From: Candidatus Zixiibacteriota bacterium
GTDB taxonomy: Bacteria > Zixibacteria > MSB-5A5 > GN15 > JAAZOE01
NCBI GenBank assembly: GCA_043819555.1
Contig: JBDREQ010000006.1
Location: forward strand, 1 to 13,627
Direction of reading: 5' to 3'
DNA: 13,627 bases
Part shown: positions 1 through 9,090 of the stretch, one piece after another
Numbering within the stretch: position 1 is the stretch's first letter
Layout: each line of letters opens with the position of its first letter
Notes under the pieces: model-generated
Database searches by the model: none
What the model was told of the DNA's origin: nothing
The model's input: the letters and a program-made list of their open reading frames with translations, nothing else
Made by a program: the position numbers and the translations under genes

Positions 1-228
1 AGACCGACCATTTATGTGAATTCAATCGAATACAATGGAACGGAGCAGAATTTAACAAATTCATACGAAGATTACAGTCATGAATGGACAACAAACCCCA
101 ATACTTCAGCCGCATGGTCTTGGAACGATATTAATAACCTCCAGGCTGGTCTAAGAATAAAAGGCAAAAATTCTAATTTCCCGGCTTACTGCACGCAAGT
201 CTGGGTAACAGTCACTTATACACCATAA
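1..228 (+). CDS. C-terminal fragment of a hypothetical (probably secreted, beta-rich) protein; start lies upstream of the window
   Basis: Frame is open from base 1 to TAA at 226-228. The Trp/Asn/Thr-rich tail (..NPNTSAAWSWNDINNLQAG..CTQVWVTVTYTP) lies 32 nt upstream of the pilin-like genes on the same strand. Confidence 0.7.
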   Translation, partial: RPTIYVNSIEYNGTEQNLTNSYEDYSHEWTTNPNTSAAWSWNDINNLQAGLRIKGKNSNFPAYCTQVWVTVTYTP

Positions 229-260
229 AGAAATGGCAATAAGGAATAATGAAATTGTAA

Positions 261-998
261 ATGAGTAAGATAAAAGGACAAAGCGGATTCACCCTCATCG
301 AACTGGTGGCAGTGATTATAATTGTTGGAATCCTGGCGGCTATCGCCGCTCAAAAAATTGGCTCAGTCGCTGAAAACATCAAAGCCGAAGAGACTATGCG
401 AGAGATGGATCTCATCGCCAAAGCAGTAGTCGGAAATGAACTATTATATAATAACGGAATGCGCTCGGATTTCGGATATGTCGGAGATATCGGAGCCTTT
501 CCGCCCAACCTCGATGCATTAATTTCAAATCCCGGACTTGGCACCTGGAACGGCCCATATATCAAAAACAGCTTTGAACAAATATCGAGTGATTATAAAC
601 AGGATTCATGGCAAGCCAATTATACGCTAAGCGGAATTCAAATAACCTCAAGCGGTTCGGGAAGCAATATTGTCAAATACTTCAGCGGGTCAGTCGATGA
701 AATATTATATAATAGTATCGAAGGCAACATCTTTGATCTCGACGGCACTCCTCCCGGCGATTCTCTTAATGCATTTATATTAGTCAGAATGACCTTTCCC
801 GATGGAACCGGAAGTTATTCGACTATATCAAGAACGCCGGATAACGGCGGGCATTTCCAATTCGATTCGATTCCGATCGGCAATCACACGCTTGAAATAA
901 TCTATACTCCAAGCAGTGATACTCTGAGGCATTATGTTTCAGTTTCTCCGGGTTCGGCATTATATGAACAAAATTCCTTAACAACTAATGAATGGTAG
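261..998 (+). CDS. Prepilin-type N-terminal cleavage/methylation domain protein (type II secretion GspG-like pseudopilin) with a C-terminal beta-sandwich extension
   Basis: Class III signal G|FTLIEL followed by a hydrophobic helix (VAVIIIVGILAAIA). GspG-like motifs LDALISNP..WNGPY and D-S-W..Y. Confidence 0.85.
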   Translation: MSKIKGQSGFTLIELVAVIIIVGILAAIAAQKIGSVAENIKAEETMREMDLIAKAVVGNELLYNNGMRSDFGYVGDIGAFPPNLDALISNPGLGTWNGPYIKNSFEQISSDYKQDSWQANYTLSGIQITSSGSGSNIVKYFSGSVDEILYNSIEGNIFDLDGTPPGDSLNAFILVRMTFPDGTGSYSTISRTPDNGGHFQFDSIPIGNHTLEIIYTPSSDTLRHYVSVSPGSALYEQNSLTTNEW

Positions 999-1009
999 CG
1001 GCAGTTTTT

Positions 1010-1756
1010 ATGATGATAGAAAAGGCACAAAACAAATTCAGAGATTGCGGCGGTTTCACTCTGATCGAAATCGTGATAGTCATAATTATTCTCGGAATCC
1101 TGGCCGGAATGGCAACCATGCAATTTGGAACCAATATTGATATTGCCAAATTCGAAGCGACCATGTCCGAGATGAACGCTTTGGCTCATGCCATCGTCGG
1201 TAATCATCAGATTTCCTTAAATGGAACCCGCTCTGAATTTGGCTATGTTGGAGATGTCGGCAGTCTTCCCCCTAATCTCGACGCTCTTTATTCAAATCCG
1301 GGCTATGCCACTTGGGACGGACCCTACATGGACGGCAATACATTGTCTAGCATCAAAACCGATGAATGGGGCTCGAATTATATTTTTCAGGATACGTTGA
1401 TTCGTTCGGTTGGCTCGGGGCAAAATATCGATAAAGTTTTTGCTGGTAACACAGCTTCTTTAATATCAAATAGATTTGACGGCCGGATAGTTGATGCCAG
1501 CGGCAATCGCCCATCGGTATCATATGTTGATTCGGTATTGATTCGCCTCTATTATCCTGATGGAGCCGGAGGAACGGCCTCACCAATTACATACCCCGAT
1601 ACAAAAGGCCAATTCAATTTTACGGGAATACCTATTGGGATGCACATACTGGAAATTATTTATTTGCCCGATAACGATACGCTGTCATATTCAGTTTCAA
1701 TTAATCCCGGCCGCGACGTCAATATGGATATAATTTTCCCCGCCGACTTGTGGTAA
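1010..1756 (+). CDS. Second prepilin-type N-terminal cleavage/methylation domain protein (GspG-like pseudopilin), paralog of 261-998
   Basis: G|FTLIEIVIVIIILGILAGMA, WDGPY and DEWG..Y motifs. Shares the RS(D/E)FGYVGD(I/V)G..PPNLDAL.SNPG block with the upstream gene. Start placed at ATG 1010 (992 and 1013 are alternatives). Confidence 0.85.
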   Translation: MMIEKAQNKFRDCGGFTLIEIVIVIIILGILAGMATMQFGTNIDIAKFEATMSEMNALAHAIVGNHQISLNGTRSEFGYVGDVGSLPPNLDALYSNPGYATWDGPYMDGNTLSSIKTDEWGSNYIFQDTLIRSVGSGQNIDKVFAGNTASLISNRFDGRIVDASGNRPSVSYVDSVLIRLYYPDGAGGTASPITYPDTKGQFNFTGIPIGMHILEIIYLPDNDTLSYSVSINPGRDVNMDIIFPADLW

Positions 1757-1783
1757 AAAATTCCAATTCGCGTTTTTTGGAAA

Positions 1784-3223
1784 TTAAAATTTATCAACCG
1801 TGAATTTATAAATTTGAACTTGTTTATCTTTATAGATGTTTTTAGGCAGTCCGGCCTTAAGGCAGGTCTGTTCCATAAACGTTTGCCGGCCCCATTTATT
1901 TTCCGTGGCGACCTGCGGAAGTAAAAGCCCGGAATGCATATCCATGCGAATTAAGAGCCCGTCCCTTCCCACTTTTATATCTTTAATATCCGTGACCAGG
2001 ACTAATGGCGACATAATCGATATTTCGTATTCAAGATAAGGAAGTTCCTCAGCTGTTACTGGCGGAAAACGAGGATCTTCAAAAGCGGCGGCCAAAGCCA
2101 TTTCCGCAATCGTCTGAAACAATGGTTGCCGAGCCTGAACCAAACCGATGCAACCCCGGAGGTTTCCATTTTTATTCAGCGTCACAAAGGCGCCATGTTT
2201 TTTCTCGAGTTTCGACATCGGCGGATTCGGAATTTCGGTCTTTTGACCGGATGCCGTTGCCTCAACCATATGTCGCGCCAAATTGAGCAAATACTTTTTT
2301 TCATCATCAGTATATGCTTGTTTGGGCAGGATGCTGGGAGTACCCATAAGATTTGATTTTTTGATTTCGGTTTTTTTACCGAGAATTACCGCGGATAAAT
2401 ATCCAACCACTTCTGAAAAATCCCCGGTTATCTCCCCTGACGTGCCGTAACCTGTTATTTCGACAGACTTCCCGCCGATTCTCCTCTGCGCTTCAACAAC
2501 GGCGGCGACCGGGCCAAATCCGCATGCTTCGGCCGCACCACTGGTCACGGTTCTTATTATTTTACCGCTATCAAATGACTTGAGCGCTTCTTCAAAGTTT
2601 TTATCCATCCGATTGGCTTCTTTGACGGGATAAAAATGAGACATATCGGTTGAAGCCACCATTAGGGCGTTTTTATCCTTCATCGATGCCGATAGAACCT
2701 CTGCCGCGGCGCGAATAGTTGATTCTTCCTGATCACCCATAACCATTGCAACGAGTTTAAATCTCCCCAGCACTGTTTGAAGGAACGGCAGTTGAACTTC
2801 AAGCGAATGTTCGCCCTGTCCGCCGGATCCAACATGCCCGGCGGTAGAAGCATAAACATCGGGGTGTCGTTTTGATATCTCCGACGATAATTCCGAATCT
2901 ATCTCTATAACGCCCAGCGGGGTCTGGTAAGCGCCGCCCGAAAAGACCGAAACACCCTTAAAAAATCCATGATGTGGAGCGACCACCACGACGACATCAT
3001 ATTCCTCGCCTTCAATCTGCTTGTAGGCATTGGCCGCCAACTGTCCCGAATACATATAACCGGCATGAGGAGCTATAATGGCATTGACATGCCCGCCAAA
3101 CTGTTTCTTGGGCGCTTTGCTGAAAAATCCTGCCAGCTGTTTGGACAGCTCAATCGGATTCAAAGGATAAAACATCCCCGCTACCATCGGCCGGCGCACT
3201 TCAAAATGTTCTTTCATATTCAT
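1784..3223 (-). CDS. amrB: AmmeMemoRadiSam system protein B / protein A fusion (MEMO1-like dioxygenase-fold domain + AMMECR1 domain)
   Basis: N-terminal MEMO motifs: R.P.VAG.FYP, PHAGYMYSG, EHSLEVQLPFLQ, ASTDMSH, CG.GPV, VVGY. C-terminal AMMECR1 motifs: GAFVTL..LRGCIG, DPRF.PV, GLLLPQV, C.KAG. Confidence 0.93.
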   Translation of the reverse strand: MNMKEHFEVRRPMVAGMFYPLNPIELSKQLAGFFSKAPKKQFGGHVNAIIAPHAGYMYSGQLAANAYKQIEGEEYDVVVVVAPHHGFFKGVSVFSGGAYQTPLGVIEIDSELSSEISKRHPDVYASTAGHVGSGGQGEHSLEVQLPFLQTVLGRFKLVAMVMGDQEESTIRAAAEVLSASMKDKNALMVASTDMSHFYPVKEANRMDKNFEEALKSFDSGKIIRTVTSGAAEACGFGPVAAVVEAQRRIGGKSVEITGYGTSGEITGDFSEVVGYLSAVILGKKTEIKKSNLMGTPSILPKQAYTDDEKKYLLNLARHMVEATASGQKTEIPNPPMSKLEKKHGAFVTLNKNGNLRGCIGLVQARQPLFQTIAEMALAAAFEDPRFPPVTAEELPYLEYEISIMSPLVLVTDIKDIKVGRDGLLIRMDMHSGLLLPQVATENKWGRQTFMEQTCLKAGLPKNIYKDKQVQIYKFTVDKF

Positions 3224-3235
3224 AATTCTAACAAA

Positions 3236-3264
3236 AAGGTACTAAAGCGTTAATCAAAAGTCAA
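3236..3264 (-). promoter_or_regulatory. Putative sigma70 promoter for amrB/A
   Basis: Minus strand TTGACT (3264-3259), 17-nt spacer, TACCTT (3241-3236), just upstream of the start codon. Confidence 0.45.
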
Positions 3265-3298
3265 ACTAAGCACAAAAATTAATAAAAAATCAGATTAT

Positions 3299-3327
3299 TT
3301 GACGTACTTACGGTTATATTTTATATT
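3299..3327 (+). promoter_or_regulatory. Putative sigma70 promoter for the antiporter
   Basis: TTGACG (3299-3304), 17-nt spacer, TATATT (3322-3327). Confidence 0.55.
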
Positions 3328-3377
3328 TGTCTCCTGAAATAGAGGATTATATATATTGGCATATAATTGGAGATCGT

Positions 3378-4811
3378 ATGCGGCGTTTTTTACCGAATAG
3401 AAAATTATTGATTTTCCTGATTATTCTATCGACGGCCTGGTTTTTTTCCAACTTTAATTTGAAGGCTGCATCTGTCCTTGAAAAAACAGATAATTCAATT
3501 CAGGCACAAGTTTCACCAATAGGTGAGATTGAGACTGCTCCCGCTAAATACATTGATGATGTTGATCCTCATCAACATGAAGTTTCAGATGTTCTCCTGG
3601 GATTAATTATCATCCTACTGGCGGCCAAAATTGGCGGTGATATGTTTGAACGTTTCAAACAGCCCGCGGTACTGGGAGAATTGATTTTCGGGATTATCAT
3701 CGGAAATATGTCCCTTTTAGGAATTGATGTTTTTGAATCTTTCAAATACTCGATAACGCTCGATGTATTGGCTGAAATCGGGGTTATAATTCTGCTTTTC
3801 CAGGTTGGCCTCGAATCGTCAATCAGTGAAATGATTAAAGTCGGATTGGCCTCATTTATGGTAGCAACACTTGGGGTTATTGCTCCTTTCTTTCTCGGTT
3901 GGGGCGTGGGCGCCTGGTTCCTGCCGAATGAATCAATTTACGTTCATATTTTTATTGGAGCCACGTTAACGGCAACTTCTGTCGGAATTACAGCGCGGGT
4001 GTTACAAGACATAGGCAAAATAAAAACCAAAGAGGCAAAAATCATACTCGGCGCAGCGGTCATTGACGATATCATGGGACTGGTTATTCTCGCCGTAGTG
4101 GCGGGAATTATTTCGGCGGCTGACAGCGGAAGTTCACTTTCGAGTTTATCCGTCTTTTCGATTATCGCTAAAGCAATAATTTTTGTAATCGGCTCGCTTT
4201 TGCTTGGGAGATTTTTATCCCCTTATTTATTCAAGATCGGTTCCAAAATGAAAGTCAAGGGTGTCCTTCTGTCTCTTGGCCTTTTAATATGTTTTCTCCT
4301 GGCTTATATAGCCGATATGATTGGCCTGGCCCCGATTGTGGGAGCCTTCGCCGCCGGTTTGATTTTGGAAAAAATATTCTATAAAGACTATACCGACCGC
4401 GGTGAGCATGATGTGGATGATTTAATAGAGTCGATCGCGATATTTTTGGTTCCGATATTCTTCGTTCGCATGGGCATGATGGTGCAGTTGGAATCCTTTG
4501 CTGATGTGGATATTCTTTTCTTCGCCGCTGTGATGACCATTGCCGCAATTGTGGGAAAACAAGTGTGCTCACTGGCCATTTTCGATAGAAAGACCAATCG
4601 AATCGCCATCGGATTGGGCATGATTCCGCGAGGCGAAGTGGGATTAATATTTGCCGGTATTGGAGCCAAACTTATGTTAAACGGACATCCCGTCATTTCC
4701 GGAGGTGCGTTTTCCGCTGTAATCATCATGGTTATTGTAACTACTTTAGTAACGCCGCCATTTTTGAAATATGCTATGCTCCGTGAGCCCAAAATGGCCA
4801 AATCAAGTTGA
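3378..4811 (+). CDS. Cation:proton antiporter, CPA2 family (Na+/H+ or K+/H+ exchanger, NapA/Kef-like)
   Basis: About 12-13 hydrophobic segments with CPA2 motifs QPAVLGEL..G..IG, LF.VGLES, ATSVGITARVL, AAVIDD, GAF.AG and GMIPRGEV. GGAG precedes ATG 3378. Confidence 0.92.
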   Translation: MRRFLPNRKLLIFLIILSTAWFFSNFNLKAASVLEKTDNSIQAQVSPIGEIETAPAKYIDDVDPHQHEVSDVLLGLIIILLAAKIGGDMFERFKQPAVLGELIFGIIIGNMSLLGIDVFESFKYSITLDVLAEIGVIILLFQVGLESSISEMIKVGLASFMVATLGVIAPFFLGWGVGAWFLPNESIYVHIFIGATLTATSVGITARVLQDIGKIKTKEAKIILGAAVIDDIMGLVILAVVAGIISAADSGSSLSSLSVFSIIAKAIIFVIGSLLLGRFLSPYLFKIGSKMKVKGVLLSLGLLICFLLAYIADMIGLAPIVGAFAAGLILEKIFYKDYTDRGEHDVDDLIESIAIFLVPIFFVRMGMMVQLESFADVDILFFAAVMTIAAIVGKQVCSLAIFDRKTNRIAIGLGMIPRGEVGLIFAGIGAKLMLNGHPVISGGAFSAVIIMVIVTTLVTPPFLKYAMLREPKMAKSS

Positions 4812-4869
4812 GTTCATTCGGCTCAGCATAGTTCAAACTTCAGAGAATAAAATTAATTGATGCATTGCC

Positions 4870-4898
4870 TTGACAAACCATATGAAAACTTATAGATT
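4870..4898 (+). promoter_or_regulatory. sigma70 promoter of the tRNA gene
   Basis: TTGACA (4870-4875), 17-nt spacer, TAGATT (4893-4898), 12 nt before the tRNA. Confidence 0.75.
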
Positions 4899-4910
4899 GG
4901 CAATTCTCGA

Positions 4911-4965
<55 letters not shown>

Positions 4966-4987
<22 letters not shown>

Positions 4988-6144
4988 AATTTAAGTCCCT
5001 GAAGCTTAACAGCTTCGGGGATTTTATTTTGAGTGGGATTTCCTTCAGAAACCGGATTTTCTAACAGTTTTCTAACAAAACTTCCGAAAACTGTTTTGTC
5101 TAATCTCCGAGCGGCACCATTTTCAAGGTTTGGCATCAAATGTCCATAGCGATCAAGTGTCGTTTTTGCCGACGCATGACCAAGTTGTGATTGAACGAAT
5201 TTAATATTCTCGCCCTGAGAAATAAGTAATGATGCAAAGGTATGCCGGAGATCATGGAAGCGAATCCGGTGCAAGCCTGCTCTGTCCAGTGCGGGATAGA
5301 ATCCCCGCTTAACAAGGTTATCGGGATCAACTGACAATCCGTTTCCATTGGAAAACACTAATTCCTTTTCGGATTGGTTTCCAAGTAAACGATGCTGTTC
5401 AAGTGCCTGACGAAGCATGGGCGACAAAACTATCCTTCTAATAGAATTCTTCGACTTGGGTGTTATGAATTCTCCTCGAAAGATAGAACGCCTGACTGAT
5501 ATCTGATTGGAATTCCAATCAATATCACCCCATTGCAATGCCAGAAGCTCACCACGTCGCATGCCAGTCATTACTGCTGTCATAAGCACTGCATAATACT
5601 CCTGACCGACATTATTCAAGAATAGGCGAATTTCCTCTGGATTGAGAAATTCCATCTCTTCCTGTTCTACTCGTGGTCGCTTCACATGTAATGAGGGATC
5701 ACGTTTAATATATCCCCAGATAACAGCATGCTTGAACATTTCCTTAAGAGGAATTAAAATATTCACAACGGACTTGGGACTCAAACTGTCTCTCGTAATC
5801 TTCTCAGATACGAATTTCTGAATAGTCGCCGTAGATATCCGATGCAAATACTTCTTACCAAAACAAGGATTCAAGTGAAGCCTCACAATGGATTCATAGC
5901 TGATGTATGTAGATTCCTTTACGGAAATCTTTGCGTAATCGGAAAGCCATTTTTGAGCAAAATCCTTGAAAAGAATTTTCTCAAAATCCTGATAGGTTCC
6001 AGTGTTAATCTGATCTAACCGTTTTGCCAGGAGTTTTTCTGCTTTCCTCTTACTGCTACCAGCTCGTTCCCATTTCTGAACTCCTCCGTCCCGATAAACC
6101 GCATACCAACTTCCAGACTTGTTTATAACGCTTCCTTTTGCCAA
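4966..6144 (-). CDS. int: Site-specific tyrosine recombinase/integrase (phage/ICE type, ~392 aa)
   Basis: Catalytic motifs TGMRRGEL (R), FHDLRHT (HxxR), LGH and DRYGH (Y), plus an N-terminal arm-binding-like and SAM-like region. A strong SD (AAAGGAGGTG) precedes TTG at 6144, so the start is moved from 6297. Confidence 0.95.
4993..5030 (+). terminator. Rho-independent terminator for the tRNA, supplied by the element end and lying inside the integrase CDS on the opposite strand
   Basis: AAGTCCCTGAAGCT-taac-AGCTTCGGGGATTT is a 14-bp stem with two G-U pairs on the + strand, followed by TATTTT. Confidence 0.75.
5057..5077. repeat. Tandem 10-bp direct repeat TTTTCTAACA x2, candidate integrase arm-type binding sites of attL
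   Basis: TTTTCTAACA at 5057-5066 and 5068-5077 with a 1-nt spacer, ~70 nt from the tRNA end. Confidence 0.55.
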
Positions 6145-6268
6145 TACAATCTCACCTCCTTTCCGAATGGCCGGTTTGAGGGTTAGAAATTCATCGAATA
6201 GCAAGGGCACACAATTTACTGGATACCCTTGCCACTCGAATTGTTGACTTTGAATTCTCATGGACTGT

Positions 6269-6297
6269 AAAATACAACGTCCAGAAGCTAAAATCAA
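6269..6297 (-). promoter_or_regulatory. Possible internal promoter for int
   Basis: Minus strand TTGATT (6297-6292), 17-nt spacer, TATTTT (6274-6269), at the end of xis. Confidence 0.35.
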
Positions 6298-6557
6298 ACT
6301 GTTGATTCGACTTCTTCAAATTCGTCTTCATGAATGTGCATCCCTGCGCCTTTAATCCTGAGATAATCCTCAATCTCTGGAATAGAAAAACGCAAATATC
6401 TTCCGATTTTGTAGAACGGTAATCTCTCCGGGCCCGATTTTCTGGTTCTATCGTAAACCCAAGACATCGGAACTCTCAATCTCCTTGCCAATTCTTCTGG
6501 CGTTATGAGATAAGCAAGAAGACTCGAATCAATGGTTCCTCTATTGCCATCTTGCAT
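6294..6557 (-). CDS. xis: Excisionase-like / AlpA-MerR-type helix-turn-helix DNA-binding protein
   Basis: LITPEELARRLRVPMSWVYD..LPFYKIGRYLRFS..EIEDYL is the typical HTH_17/Xis pattern. The gene is directly upstream of int, has GGAGG before ATG 6557, and overlaps the ATPase stop. Confidence 0.85.
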   Translation of the reverse strand: MQDGNRGTIDSSLLAYLITPEELARRLRVPMSWVYDRTRKSGPERLPFYKIGRYLRFSIPEIEDYLRIKGAGMHIHEDEFEEVESTV

Positions 6558-8313
6558 TTTCAATTTCCTCCTCTAATTGCTCTGCTACAATCTTTGGTTG
6601 TTCGAGAAGAGCAAATCTTCGCTCTTCAATAAGCCTATCAACCACTATGGCAGGCAGAGCATACTTTGCATTTGAACGAGCGATTGTCTTTCGCTTGTCC
6701 TTCTCTAAAGCCTTAACATCTCGGACAAATTTAGTGATTATCGGCATAGTCTCATTATCACCAATCTTAATCTGTGCGTGGCGCATTGGCTGGCATTGAA
6801 TCCAGGCGATATATTTCTCTTTGATTTCCTCAACAGTGAAATACTGCCTGTTAGCCAATTCAGATTCTCGCACATATTCATAGAAAGGTACAATTGATGT
6901 GCTCCGGGACCTGCCTTTACTGAAACCTTTCGTGGTGGAAGATGCGCTGAAAATACCGGAAGAGTACGAATCGAGATCGGTCTTAGAATTGCCAATACTA
7001 AATGCGGACGAATACGAACCCATTCGATCTGGCTCATACATATCTGTACTAGGCAAGAACACTTCTGATGAGCCAAATCCCGAACTATCGCCAATCCCTG
7101 TAGCGTGGCTGTTACCGTCCGACATACCCTCCATTTCCGATTCACTTTGGCTTTCGCTTTCGGATTCCGATTTGCTTTTGACTACTCTTCTTGATTCGGT
7201 AGGCGTTAACAAAGTTCGGTGCAGCTCATCCTTAATGCGATTGCCGGATATTTTCCCGGCATACAATTCCCCAATCAGCTCTTCAGCATCAACTCTGCTC
7301 GTCTTAAAAGCGATTTTGACATCTGTGTTTGACATCAGGTTTTCATAATAAGCTGGTATTTCCTTCGTTTGTGCCAAAGTCTGAAAACACAAGGTAAAGA
7401 ATATACCGTATTTCCTGAGGGCTTGGAGAGAGTAAGGCAGGTCATTGGAAGTCAATTCTCCTGCTTCGTCTACGATAACATTAAAAGGTTTCATCGCATT
7501 CTTCTTTGATCTTTGAAAAGCGTAGTTGACGACCTGGTCTACAAGGAGAATGCCCAACACCTGCTGGCATTCACGGGAAACCCTCTTGGGAGCAAGATTA
7601 ACTAATACAATCTTGCCTCGCTCGATAGCATCGCCAATATCAATAGTTGATTTGTTCTGGCCGAGGATTCTCCTGATAGGGTCAGATAAGATCAGCTTTG
7701 CGGCCCGATTCAAGGGAGCCTCAATCAAGTTCTCCATATCAGATCGCTTCTTTATAGCATCAAAACCGGTCCACTCGTTGTGTACGTAAGAGTTTTGGAC
7801 ATATTGTAGCGCGGCCTGTCTATAAAGTGGATTCGACGTGGATAGAAAATCCAGCATATCGGCCAGCGTCAACCTTGCCGCTATGAGGGACATCAAAAGA
7901 TTTCTTTGCCACCTTTCTAAACGGGGCAATACATCACCTTCATTTTGCCCAAACACCTTTGCAATCGCCTTCATTACCTGGGATGCCAAGGCTGCGTCAT
8001 CAAGCCACTGGTTTGAAAGGAAGTTAATACCAACCGCATATTCCGTTTCATTCGGATTAATACTAGCAATACGGTTTCTATATCCCGCAGTCGTCGCAAA
8101 AGCCAGCAGATCATCATACAACGAACCATGGGGATCCAAAACCATCATTCCTTGGTTGTGTTGGATGTGGTACCTGCAACGAGCCTCCAATAGTTTTGAT
8201 TTGCCTCTGCCAGTTCCTCCGACAATCATCCAATGTTTTCGCATTGAATCTTGTTCGAGAAGCACTGGTTTGCCATTTATGGCATGTTTCCCAATGTTTA
8301 GCTTTGTAGTCAT
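6541..8313 (-). CDS. VirD4/TraD/TrwB-like type IV coupling-protein ATPase (HerA/FtsK superfamily)
   Basis: Walker A KHWMIVGGTGRGKS, LDPHG motif, KIVLVNL, Walker B VIVDEA, LRKYG..LCFQ..Q, and a Ser-rich C-terminal insert. AGGAGG precedes ATG 8313. An alternative in-frame ATG at 8433 adds a hydrophobic segment. Confidence 0.85.
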   Translation of the reverse strand: MTTKLNIGKHAINGKPVLLEQDSMRKHWMIVGGTGRGKSKLLEARCRYHIQHNQGMMVLDPHGSLYDDLLAFATTAGYRNRIASINPNETEYAVGINFLSNQWLDDAALASQVMKAIAKVFGQNEGDVLPRLERWQRNLLMSLIAARLTLADMLDFLSTSNPLYRQAALQYVQNSYVHNEWTGFDAIKKRSDMENLIEAPLNRAAKLILSDPIRRILGQNKSTIDIGDAIERGKIVLVNLAPKRVSRECQQVLGILLVDQVVNYAFQRSKKNAMKPFNVIVDEAGELTSNDLPYSLQALRKYGIFFTLCFQTLAQTKEIPAYYENLMSNTDVKIAFKTSRVDAEELIGELYAGKISGNRIKDELHRTLLTPTESRRVVKSKSESESESQSESEMEGMSDGNSHATGIGDSSGFGSSEVFLPSTDMYEPDRMGSYSSAFSIGNSKTDLDSYSSGIFSASSTTKGFSKGRSRSTSIVPFYEYVRESELANRQYFTVEEIKEKYIAWIQCQPMRHAQIKIGDNETMPIITKFVRDVKALEKDKRKTIARSNAKYALPAIVVDRLIEERRFALLEQPKIVAEQLEEEIENARWQ

Positions 8314-8466
8314 TGAAATGCCTCCTTCATTATTTGAATGAGGGAAAGCAATTGCTGGTAATATTGATATGATTACCAACACATACGCAATCCCTCTGGT
8401 AAAGAAGCCTACATTCCTTTGTGGAAGTTTCATTTTGCTTTCCCTCGTCAAAGGGTTTTTGTATAG

Positions 8467-9090
8467 TTATTCATCAAGATGAACCTGAGATTGACTAATG
8501 ATTTTGTCATATTCATCAATCGTGTCTTCAAGAATCTCCGGATCATCAATTTCTTGTTTCATTTGGGCAACGAACTCGGAACGCAATTTTGCTCTTTCAG
8601 CAGCATCCAAAGCGAGGGCTTTGTGGTAGAACCGTCGCTTCTTCTGCTCCATCTGGAGTTTTCTTAGTTCTCCTTTTTCTCGTTCATTGATTGCTCTCAA
8701 TCGCTCCTGCTGCAACTCTGCCGGCAGAAGAGTTCCTTCAGGTACGTTGAGCAGCTTTGTTTTCTCTTTATTTGCCTCCAGAACAGCCATTTTCAGCTTT
8801 TGATAGTCCGAAAGGATGTTCATCCGGTGCTGATGGCACTTATCTGCAAGATTTAGTTTGAAAGAAAGGATATCTTCTATCCTTTTGCGCAGCATTTGAA
8901 TTGCCAGGTCATATCTGACGTTTAGAAAATAGAAAGCAGCGTGTTCTAACGCCATTTTTTTCATTGACTCGCTTTCTACATTGTCTTTCAGCCAGTTCAC
9001 GAAATCCCGTTTTTCATCGATCAACTCGAGCATATTCTTCTTGGGGATTTCAGAAAATATTGCCAGAGGGTATTTTTTCTTTACTGACAT
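8467..9090 (-). CDS. Hypothetical alpha-helical/coiled-coil protein
   Basis: 207-aa charged, helical ORF. AAGGGGGTGG SD-like sequence precedes the ATG, which overlaps the end of the upstream small ORF. Co-oriented with the ATPase. Confidence 0.75.
   Translation of the reverse strand: MSVKKKYPLAIFSEIPKKNMLELIDEKRDFVNWLKDNVESESMKKMALEHAAFYFLNVRYDLAIQMLRKRIEDILSFKLNLADKCHQHRMNILSDYQKLKMAVLEANKEKTKLLNVPEGTLLPAELQQERLRAINEREKGELRKLQMEQKKRRFYHKALALDAAERAKLRSEFVAQMKQEIDDPEILEDTIDEYDKIISQSQVHLDE

Noticed and set aside
1757..1783. Bidirectional terminator between the convergent pilin-like and amrB/A genes
   Set aside because: Only a 6-bp AT-rich stem (TTCCAA/TTGGAA) with a 10-nt loop, too weak to support.
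6145..6297. N-terminal 51-aa extension of the integrase and ORF 6191-6373
   Set aside because: A strong SD at the TTG 6144 start and an intergenic hairpin/promoter explain this stretch better.
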